DNA of 64,000 bases, from the NCBI GenBank assembly GCA_965649765.1, contig OZ287754.1, positions 35,712,001 to 35,776,000 of the forward strand. Direction: 5' to 3'. This DNA is from Bispira polyomma (taxonomy: Eukaryota). Below, piece by piece: positions 53,305 to 64,000 of the stretch. Below the pieces are notes generated by a model. That model searched no databases, was not told the origin of the DNA, and saw only the letters and a program-made list of their open reading frames with translations. The translations under genes and the position numbers were made by a program. Numbering within the stretch: position 1 is the first letter of the stretch; each line of letters opens with the position of its first letter.

Positions 53305-53776
53305 TTGGTCTTTTTTGTCTAAGTATTGTTACATCTGGCGATTGGACATCCTCCTGTAGGATAACCTTGATCAGTCGACTGTACAAAGGTGACTCTGTCT
53401 CTTGCAAGGTCACTCCCCTGGTGACGCCGCCATCTACCACATAGACATCTGGATAGTCCGTGTCGTCAGAGTCAAAGTTCTGTAAAATAACATCACCCCC
53501 TATATCACGTGTGGGATTGTCCTGCTCTAAGTAATCAGAGAATATGTCCTTCACCCTGTAATTGGAGGTGTGTATATCACGGAGTCTGCTCTGAGTCTCA
53601 GAGCCTGGTGGTCTGGTGTCATCTGCTGAAGTGCTCTTATACACTGTAAAAGCGCTGCAGATATTCCCTAAAAACATGCTGAATATTAAAGCTAGGTAGA
53701 GGTTGGAAAAGCCTGACAGACACAATCTGTTTAACCCCATCCTTCTCAAGGTATTACAAAATAGCAGAAATGACAT
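53305..53776 (-). CDS. First coding exon of a putative secreted peptide precursor (signal peptide, acidic pro-region, KR site)
   Basis: ATG at 53776 or 53740, hydrophobic LYLALIFSMFLGNICSA, a D/E-rich region and ...LRQKRP. The exon ends at the phase-1 donor A|GTGAGT at 53305/53304. Confidence 0.75.
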
Positions 53777-53895
53777 GTCCACACTCCTATTTAAACACCT
53801 CTCAATATATGTTTGCTCCCCACTGAACAGATTTTTTTGCCTGTCTCTTTTCTAAATGTAATAATGTGTTGATGACACTGCACTTATAGCAATAT

Positions 53896-53897
53896 AC

Positions 53898-53927
<30 letters not shown>
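53896..53927. repeat. (CA)n microsatellite just upstream of the coding exon
   Basis: Directly visible. Confidence 0.95.
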
Positions 53928-53928
<1 letters not shown>

Positions 53929-56900
53929 TCCTTCTCCTAAGAACAACGTTTCAGAGATGGAAGAAGTAATAATCCTTGATATAAATACATCTATGTGACT
54001 ACATTTCCACACACACAGTAGACATACGGTGAGAGTCAGAGGGGAACTTTTGAATTATCCTGCAGTCGCAAAAGATCACTCTAATTATGCATTAATTTTC
54101 TTGAACTGGAAATATCTTGATTGGCTGCAAGAGAGCCTCTGCAGAATTTGTGTCTGTGTCTATCGCCAGTGAACGTTTTTTGACTCTCCCAATGGGTCTT
54201 TATTGGAACTTGTTTACAGCTTTGGTATTTATAAACACAGCCGTCTTTAGGGATTAACACCCAGCCTTGCGATAGGCTTAAATATGGCCACTACAGGACA
54301 ATCAACACTGCCATCTTTATGTAGAGGTGGTTTATAACAATGAATGATAAATTACTGTAAAATGTGAGCTATGGTGCATGTGCTATGGTTGAATCTGCTA
54401 AATCGTGTGAACTATCAAAAACAGAGGACACTTTTGTTTTATGACTGAGTTTTATACCCAGTAGATAGTAGATCCTTTTAACATTTTGGTATCAGCCTTT
54501 AAAATATTATGATAGCCAGATATAAACGCTGTCTGTCCTCCTGACTCCATGGCATGCTGTGGTTACCTGCTAACTTGTATGTCCAAGACGTCCTGTCTGA
54601 TCTTTAATCATCAGATTTAATCATCTCAAACACCAATAATAATTTATCATGTAAATACCATATAAAAGGTTTGGAACATACTTTTTGAGACATATGTTGA
54701 CACCAATTGTAAGTTTAGTAAAAATAAGTTGCAAACTCATGATGGATTTTTCGTCACGGCCCTCTAGAGGTAATAATCACTTTGTGAAGCTACAGGCCTT
54801 TTACAATAAGTAAATATTGAGCTTAACGTTTGTTTGTAACGACAGGACATTTTGTTCAATGGTTGTAGTTTTGAATATTTTATGCAACAACCAAAAAAGC
54901 ATCACTGTTTTTGAACGACCCTGACCTTAAAGAAAAGAAAGGAACACGTATCACATATTATAAAAACTTTGTTAAAAAGTTATATATTTAAAAAACTGAC
55001 AAAAATAAATAATGTGTGTGTGTGGTTTTAAAGTAACTTATTTACCCAGTTACTAATTCGATCATTATTTCCTGTAGGCCTTGAAAAATCGTGTTGGCTC
55101 CTATCCTAGAAATCATCCAACTCACACAGAGACTGGTAAAAATTGTGTTGTTTTTCTTGCTCAGTAATTTATCCATGATCACATGTTCCTTGATTAATTT
55201 ATGGCCTATAATTGGACAAAGAGTAAAATGACGAACAGCAATAAATTCTCATTTCATAAATTGGTGCCATTTGGAGGCATTTGATGTTAAAGTCACTCTT
55301 AATGTAACCAATAACAGTCCTAAAAGGCCATCCTAAAATATTTACGATTTCAATTGTTTTCCCACCAACTCCAAACTACACTTGTTGCAATAAAAATGCA
55401 CAACAATGACATTGATTGAGTTAATAAACCAATGGGTCAAAATCCTTCTGCAGCAAAATGAATGAAACTTACTTCTTACTTGAAGCACATAAACACTCTA
55501 TTATTTCACTTATTTTGACAAACTCTACCTAATTGGAATATACACATTGGTTATGTGTTTAACAAAGATAGTGTGTATTACTTGATGGGTTAAGGTGCAG
55601 CATGTTATATTCCAAGGAATAACCTCCAGATTAGCAGACTATAACTCTGCTGCTTTAAGAAACAATGCAAATCCTGCATGTGAGCATAGCACTTTTACAG
55701 TTGACTCTTTTTCGAAGTATTTATTGTGGCATAACCACCATGTAAATACCTAATTTTGACATCGGTTACTCTACTTGCTATACTTGTGCCATGTAACTTA
55801 AGTACTTTTAATTTAGAATTTTTTTTATTATTAAAGCTCTCACCCCATGCACAAATGACCAATGCTTTCTTGTAAGACTTTAGTGCTACCAAGAAATAAA
55901 TGACTCATGAATGTATTTATATTGTGATATGGTATTTGTAAAATATAACTTTTGCCTTGTCGGTGAATAAGTGATATAGGGTGTAACTGTGTACTCAGCA
56001 GAAACTGGCAAATATAAAAACAGATACCTGGGATAACTTTACACAAAAAGTACCCCAACTTTAAAAAAACGTTCAATACATTTGTGGGAATGGTGAAAAG
56101 GGTCAAATCAGTGTCTACCTCCCACCTCCTTCCTGTAAAGATAAATGATGCCCTTTACTGGGCCCACATGAGGGGTAAAAAATACAGTTCAAAGCCAGGT
56201 GACGTCAGCAAAATATATAATTCAGTAAGTGACAGAAACCCATAAAATATACATGTATGTATAGAAATAGAAAACATGACGAATTAAATTAGAACTTATG
56301 GTGAATTTATAGTTTAAACTAAATTTTTTTTTAATAAAACTTCACAAATAATAATTATCTAATAGCCTTTCCAGACCGCTCTATGGTAAAATCTAGAAAT
56401 ATGCAACGGCTAAGAAATGATCAGATATATAATATTTATGGACCATTGAATCAAATGAGATTATGCTGACATGGTCAATATAGTAAGTGACAGAATATCA
56501 GTTGACTGAGACAGTTTAGGGATGTTACCAGCTTTAATAAAGGCTTCTTTAAAAGTAGGGCTGTTACAGACAGCAAACTCCTGATGGACATGATTCAACC
56601 AGACAGCATGTCATAATTGACATTATTAATGGCATATCCTGTTGGGGGTTCATCAATATTGACACAATCTCAGCCTTTGAACACATGTACACACCCTGTG
56701 TCTCAAATAAATTCTTTATTCTACAAAAAGTATTCTTCACTATTCATGCTTAATTTTTTTAATCAAAACAGAAATCATAGAATCGTTATAAGGTTTTTAG
56801 TTTTTGTGTATCTCAAAACATGCTATTATGCAGTTCTAATTACACCCAGGAAGAGTTATAACTAAGCGTATTCAGAAGATTTGTTCTTTGTGTGTTTCTA

Positions 56901-57529
56901 GTGCTTTGATCAGGTATGGTTTGAAATGATTTGGAGGTAACAGATCAAAGGTTGGTTACATTAGAGACAAAATAAGGTCCTCTCCTTTTTGGTATTAACG
57001 CCCCTTCTTTTGCCAGAACAGTTTTCCTGTTTTTTTAAACTTGTTTTTCATTCATCTACATGTTTATCTGAACACTCGGGTCTGATGATGCACACTTTTG
57101 AAGATGCCTTACATTCCCAAGGTTACATAAAATGGATATATCTATCTAGCCTTTGTTACTGAGAATATCACTGTCAGTGGAAATTCTATTTAATCTATTT
57201 GTTCTTGGACACTCTCAGCACTTAATAGAATATTGTTAGATTGTTGAGAACCAGTTTCTTAAAGTTTACAGTCGCTTGTTTGTGCAGTTTGCAAGGTAGG
57301 CATTCGGGGCTGGCAAGGTTACTGCTGGACCCTAAAACACATTTATAACACTAGTCCTCTTCTTAATTTGACCTCTCACTTTATTGGCTAGCAGTTGGCC
57401 TACATACACTTTTGCGCCCAACCAGCTCCATCATTAATGCTTTGATAAGTCACATAGCAAGGAGTTTTTACAATTGGGTTTTTACTACCCAGTAATTGTT
57501 TTAATATTTGTTTAAAATTTTACATTGAC

Positions 57530-60500
57530 AATGTCAAAGAAAGTGTTCAATTGTAGTGTGTGTTCTGATAAACACCGTCCTGTGGAAAAGAGATGTCGCT
57601 ATGCGTTGGGGCACAGTGTCACCGATAATGTAACCTCTGTTGGACATGCTATTACCGCTGAAGTGCCTGGTACTGTGTTTGGTACTGGTACGGGTGCAGG
57701 TTACGGAGGCAGCGCTGTGCTCACCCAGCGCCAATAAGGAATGTATGACTTCTAGTCAAACAAGTACTATTGTTGCTGGTAATGTGTCAGAGCATGTGGC
57801 TGAGGCAGTAATTCCTTCCCTAGATTACCTAAAAACAAACGATAATCTGCAATCTCAAGTAGACCAACCACTGCTTCAGTTGCAAGATTTGAATGAATGG
57901 GCAGAAGGTAAATTTAAATCACAATGGGGGAGGGGGCGTTGAAGCCTCTATCAAAAGGTCAGTAGATTGGCCCCAAAACTTTGTATTGTCAGGTGCTAAG
58001 AAAACTAGACCCACATACGACGAGTTGTCACTGGTTCAATTTATTTCTGATTTTATCCATTGTTTACAAGAACAAAAAGGTCCAGCTACTCGAGAAGCCA
58101 TGCTCGAGTACATGGCAAATTTAATGAACGATGCCCACGATTTCTCAATCGACTCCCACGATTTCTCGATCGACTGAACTGGACTGATGTGGAAAAAATT
58201 GACCGTATACGGAGGGCCCATGCCCAACGTCATATCACATCTAGTGCAAGTGGGTCTAGTTCTGCTAAGTCCACCAGTAGTGCTAAGGGTAAAATTCAGG
58301 CCAAATCCCAAGGTGTCAATTGCCGTTTTTCCAAGAAGGCACATGTAAATTTAAGGCTAGCCATCGTACTTCAGGTCAATTATTTAGGCACAACTGTGAA
58401 ACTTGTGATGGGGGCCATCAAACCAAACTATGTACCAAAAAGGGGTTAAAAAACTAAGGGGTAAAATTAAAGAGGTTTCATCTAGGACTGTTTACAATAC
58501 AGCCTTTTCTAATTTTAAATTGTTTGAAAATGTATGTTTTAACCATGTGTTGAAAAGTATGAAAAGATACTACATGGACATGGTGAAATTGGGAAACAGT
58601 GTTCCTAATGATTTCACACAAAATAAAACTGCACACGATATTGGCAGGAGAAATGAAAGGCGGGTTCTTTCAGGTGAAATTAAAAACAAATTAGAGAGAT
58701 AAACAAGTCTTCATGTCTTGCCAGTTTGCTTGACAGAAAGTTCAACACCAGCCGAGCTAAAACACGTCTGTCAAAATCAGTAAACAATGTGTTTCATTTA
58801 ATGAAAGCAAACAAGAACAATGGGGGTTGTGAAGCCACCAAAATTACATTTAACCAACAAGTCAATAAAGTGTCACGTTCTGTGAACACCAAAGGTAACA
58901 ATGAAAGTGGTGCTAACCCTTCTTTAGTAAGATGGGCCCCCTCCTCCATTTCTAAATTAACACCAATTAGCTCGGGTGGTGTCAACAATGAATGGGATTT
59001 TCAATTGCCCCTTCACAATAGGTATGCATTATTGGGTGAGCCAAACGTGGAGGGCGCAAATGTTAATGACCCAGTGTGGAAGGTCAGGCCTCTAACAAGA
59101 TCTTGCCTGTCCATAATAAAAAGGTAACCACTCAAGTGAATAGTTGTGATGACAAACATGTCCTGGAGGTATACAAAAGGGGCGATAAAAGACAACGTCT
59201 TAATAATGCTAAGCACGTTGACACCCACAAGATGTGGTAAATTCGTATTCATCCCTCTTGCTTCGTGGGGTTCTCGTGGTAAATGTGTTTGTCTTACATA
59301 AGCGCCTTAAGGCTTCTGTAACGTAAACACACAAATACGTTGTCGATAAATCATATTGCATTTACGAATTGTAACTTTAGCACATATACCTACAACAGCA
59401 GCCATCAAATGGTTCTTTAATGACCGTTTTACATATTTTTATATGCAAATACTATTTAGAACTTCATTATTTTATTGCATAATTATTAAAAAAAGCCGTA
59501 TAACGATACTTGTATTGTGACGTCACACAATTTGAAATTTATGGTGGAACGTCATATTTGTAAACAAGTCTCGCAGAGAGCCCCTTCTGTTGTGACACAA
59601 TACAAGTATTGATCCAGCATATATGAAGATATTATATAGACTACACAACTTTAAAAAAGGTGTATATTGTTTTGAACGAATTACATTTTTAAATATGTCT
59701 CCTTATGTTATATAAACGTAGAATACAAAGTATCTTGCTGTTTAGAAGAGTGTAATTTTAATGTTTTTCTATTTATCCCCATTTTTTTGTGATTTTATTA
59801 AAAAACGAATTTATTCACAATATTGCTAATGTTTTCCTTTTTCTAGTCATGTATAATATTTCAGCATTGATAGCTTCTTGGTATGTGTATTGTTTCACGT
59901 TTGTGAAGGGTGTACTAGATCGAATATTCATGTTTTTCTTACAATTTTACACCTTCTTATACATAGTATTTGTTGCTGATAAATTGTTAAAATCAATGTT
60001 AAAATTTATAAAATTCGGCACGAATTGTTATTTAATCTGTCCACTAAAATTATCACAACTCATAAAGCAAAAATCGTATTTGAAAATGAACTTTAAGGCC
60101 TTTATAACAATGTAGTGTATGTTTCTAGACAGTGATTCCTTTACAACGTGGTTTAGCGGCGATCGTTTTTTGTGTTTACGTCACTAAAGCCTTAAGCGGG
60201 ATGGGCGCCCAAACTATAAAGGGCTACAGATAGCAGTGATTAGACAACTAAAGGCCCCTGTGTGGGAAAAGTATTTGACAGGGTATTTGGACTGGGAACT
60301 CCCTCTACTGATAGAATTTGGTTTCCCTCTGGATTGTTGTGAAGTACATGTCTTCCAATCTGACCTTGAAAACCATTCTTCTGCTACTCAGTTTCCTGAA
60401 CATGTAAGCCATTATCTAAAGGAAGAATGCCAACTTGGGGCTATGTATGGGCCGTTTAATATTCCCTCTATTGACAGTATACACACTTCACCGTTCATGA

Positions 60501-62050
60501 CACGGGACAAGTCAAGCTCGGTTAACTGACAGGTGATTATTGATTTGAGTTGGCCTCATGGCCATTCGGTTAATGCGGCTGTATGTCCTAATACCTACTT
60601 AGACAAGGAATTCATCCTCACGTATCCGTCCATTGATACTATTACTGAACAAGTAGTTGCTGTAGGCAGGGGTTCACTGATCTTTAAGGCCGATATAAGT
60701 CGCACTTTCCGGCACGTGACCATAGATCCTCGTGACATCGACCTTCTGGGCTTGTATTGGGATGTATATTATATAGAGCGGTCACTGCCGTTTGGCTACA
60801 AACAGGGATCTGCGATTTTTCAGCGAATATCGGATGGCATGAGATACATAATGCAAGATGAAGGTCACCAGATCACGAATTACATCGACAATCTCTTCTG
60901 CTGTTCAGTTCCCTTAAAAATATACAAAACTTATGACAGGTTGCAAGTCCTCTTAACCGAACTAGGTCTTACATTGAGCCACAAAAAACTGGTTCCCCCT
61001 GTGACACAGGTTACTTGTCTAGGTATTGTGATAGACACTGTTGAATTTACCACTTCTATACCAGAGGATAAGCTACAAAACATTCAAGACATGTGTTAGA
61101 ATTGGGTCGGTAAAAAGTACTGTACTAAGAGGGAACTCCAGTGCTTGCTGGGGTCCTTGCTTTATGTGTCTAAATGTGTAAAATATTCAAGGTTCTTTCT
61201 CAATAGAATGCTCCATCTCCTCAGAAGCAATCAGACAAGTAAATCAATAAAAATCACTACAAGTTCTACAGAAACTCTAACTGGTTTAGAGCTTTTCTGA
61301 AAAAAAATAATGGGGTTTCCTTCTTTTAACACAAACCCATCACAGCCATGATAGAGCTTGATGCATGCTTGACTGGTATGGGTGGCATCTATGGAGCTCA
61401 AATGTACACCTTGCCCACCTGTTGCAATGCAAGATTTGAATATTGCTTCCCTAGAGATGCTCAACATTCTAGTTGCTTTAAGGTTGTGGGGGACTCAATG
61501 GAAGGGTCATAGAATCCTTATCCAGTGCGATAACCAAACAGTGGTTAGTGTACTCACCCATGGCAGAATACGAGATAGCACTTTGGCTTTGTATTCCAGA
61601 AATATTTTGTATCCAACAGTCCTCTTCTTTTAGATGAAAGTATATAAGCTGTGCATATATTGTGTTCTATATAAATATTGCTGTTACAATTTAAACCAAA
61701 TTACATCAGTTGCAATGTCTTCCTTCTCGTTCTTTGTTTTCCAGAGGGAAATCCGGTCCAACAGTCACTCTACATAAATGCCACGGAAAAACTGCACCTG
61801 GCTTTCTGTCGCTCTAGAACTAGATCCTACAATGCTATGTACAGATTATACCAGGCGAATGCTGCTTTTATGGATCAACCTACAAATCAGGTGACTGTAG
61901 TCAACCTCCATGCCTATTTAGAATTGTTACATTTTAATGCAGTTAAACCCGCACAGATGGCCAACTACTTTTCTGTTATCAAAGCTAAGTTTATTGTCCA
62001 CAATGTACCAATTCATGCCTTCAGTGACCCACGTATAGCTTACTAACAAA
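57530..62050 (+). mobile_element. DIRS-order copy e: degraded gag, pol (RT/RNase H) and YR N-terminus, interrupted by a Kolobok-like MITE
   Basis: Motifs FNCSVCSDKH, WPQNFVL, IDRIRRAHAQR, IIDLSWP, NYIDN, LEMLNIL, CDNQ and YR-like ANYFSVIKAKF..FSDPRI. Confidence 0.92.
59311..60191. mobile_element. Non-autonomous Kolobok-like TIR element, copy 2 (881 bp, TTAA TSD)
   Basis: TTAA lies at 59307-59310 and 60192-60195. The TIRs are GGCTTCTGTAACGTAAACACA and TGTGTTTACGTCACTAAAGCC. Removing the element restores the pol frame LHKRLKRDGRPNYKGLQI. Confidence 0.88.
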
Positions 62051-62089
62051 AAAACAGTACAAATGGCTGCCCCCTCCAGGTGAAACAGG

Positions 62090-62720
62090 AAGCTGAACAC
62101 AGAAAGGTAATTATTGACATGGCCACATGGACAATTAGTTAATTCCGCAATTAAAAAGATACATACCTGGTACCACATTCAATTTAACTCTTCCAACAGT
62201 GGATGCAATGACCAAAAACATCATCAAATTAGACATTATAAAAAGGAGCCCTGCTATATACGTTAGATATAAGTTACATGTTCCGTCACGTGAAGATAGA
62301 CCCAGTCGAGTTACTAGGACCTAAGTTAAATAATACATATATATGCCTAAGCAATGCGGTGGGCTTTATCATGACATCACATGGACATGATGTCATCAAT
62401 TGTATTGATGATGTCATTGGCTTCGGCCCTATCGCCACCATATATGAATCATTCAATATTCTACAAGATGTGTTCAAAGTGTTGGTTTCATGTTAAGCAG
62501 AAATAAAGCAGTAGAATCAAGTACAAAGGTTGTATGCTTGGGCGTACTTATCAATACAGAAGACTATACTATCCCTATTGCAAAACCAGGCTACTTGAGA
62601 ATATTTGGAACACATGGACTAGTATACAAAGAAGCCTACCTATTGGCATTTTTCTACCTTTTGCACCAGCTAGCAAGGTCTGACATGTTCTTTTCCAAAC
62701 CTGCTTTAGTTTATGAGTAA
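62090..62720 (+). mobile_element. DIRS-order remnant g: deletion-riddled RT and YR pieces
   Basis: Pieces RKVIID, FRHVKIDP, DVINCIDDVIGFG, VVCLGVLIN, YKEAYLLAFF and QLARSDMFF. Confidence 0.8.
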
Positions 62721-63206
62721 CTCAAACTCCTAATGTGGCCTTGCTTTTGTAATTATCTATGTTTTTATACAATCTGTTCATAATGTAGAATGTACAATTT
62801 CCCACCTGAATTAATTAGAATCTCACGTAATGAATAGAAATTGAGAGGACATAACACCATTTTAACTTTCAGTATATTATTCTCTGGTCAGATTTTATTT
62901 TATAGAACGATTTATGAGCTTTTATTCTGATTTACAACTGGGCTATATATATATACACATATGTAATTGTGCACGTTGAGGATTGCTACAAAAAAAGCAT
63001 TCTAACTATTGGTGGAACCTGTTGTTGTGTTATTGACAACTTGCTTTGATATATGCAAATTCTGCTTTTTTGTTTGAGCCAGATATAATGATGATATCTA
63101 ATCTATCTTATTACAGCAAGATTTTGTCTCAAAGTAATTAAAAAATTTATGACCTCATTAGAATCCGCATATACCAAAGCACGGTGTGTGATTTCTATTT
63201 TCTAGA

Positions 63207-64000
63207 ATGCCACGTAGAAACTATTCAGCATGTGGTGAAAGCCATACAAAACGTGATGAAAGTGAATTTTTTTACCATGAGGATGCTACGGATGATACCT
63301 CTAAAACGGATACTAGTGACATTTTAAGTGCTGCAGTAAATTTATGTATTTTACAAGAACTGAAACAATTAGGTGAACGTATGTCAATAATGGAAGAGCG
63401 AGTTGAACTTTCTGAACAGCAGACTGTAGCTCCCTCCGCTATGGAAATTCCTGTTAAAGTATCCACTTTTGGGATCATTGCAACCACCAGCAGCACTGAT
63501 GATATCTTGGTCCCCTCATTGAGCACCTTGAAGATGTCGCAACAACTACTGCATGCAGTCAACTCCAGATTAAAGGAATTGGTAGACATGAATAAATCAA
63601 GTAACCACAAATCTCAGAGAGGAGGTCCTGATACTGTATGAGTCAATTGACAAGTCACTTGGCCACAAAACCATATTTAATTACTAATAACTATATTATT
63701 CTAAAACTCGTATGTCTAATGATAGTCTTTCCATGGCGCAATGGGTGTCTGGGTTTGGTGCTATAACCATAGGTAGGAGTAATGTTGAAGTTAAAAATTG
63801 TATGCCTGATTATATCCAATATCTAATGGAGGACAGCAATGATTTTTCATAGAAAGCGGCAAAAGGCAGTCATGCAGTCTTGCTATGCAAGATGGAGGAG
63901 GATAAGGTCTCATGGCATGAAATCCCTAAGAATGATCACATACGTAGTACACATGCCTAGAACGTATCAATCAGCAACCACGGGTCGCACTCCTCCCATA
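63207..64000 (+). mobile_element. DIRS-order copy f: gag, runs off the window end
   Basis: Translates as MPRRNYSACG..LSAAVNLCILQELK..DDILVPSL..KSQRGG..WPQN..AQWVSGF..DFS*KAAKGSHAVLLCKMEE. Confidence 0.9.

Overview
AT-rich animal (probably marine invertebrate) genomic DNA, mostly transposon-derived. The one convincing host gene is on the minus strand: a two-exon secreted, neuropeptide-precursor-like CDS (53776-53305 joined to 31100-30865) with a 22-kb TE-filled intron. The main feature is a cluster of seven tyrosine-recombinase (DIRS-order, Ngaro/PAT-type) retrotransposon copies or remnants. One is a near-complete young element (42624-49494, minus) with split direct repeats A1-gag-pol-YR-B1-A2-spacer-B2. 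Comparing the diverged copies by eye suggests a retrovirus-like expression scheme. (i) A conserved phase-1 splice donor in gag matches a phase-1 acceptor in front of the YR ORF, giving a Gag-N/YR fusion. (ii) An A_AAA_AAC slippery site plus hairpin would give a -1 Gag-Pol frameshift. (iii) An in-frame stop sits at the same gag position in four copies (TAG, TAG, TAG, TAA), suggesting recoding such as A-to-I editing or readthrough. Also present: L2- and RTE-X-like LINE fragments, nested SINEs, a decayed Harbinger transposon, TTAA-flanked Kolobok-like MITEs, a Polinton/Maverick-type packaging ATPase relic with a zinc finger, hairpin elements and several minisatellites. All calls come from manual reading; no searches were run.
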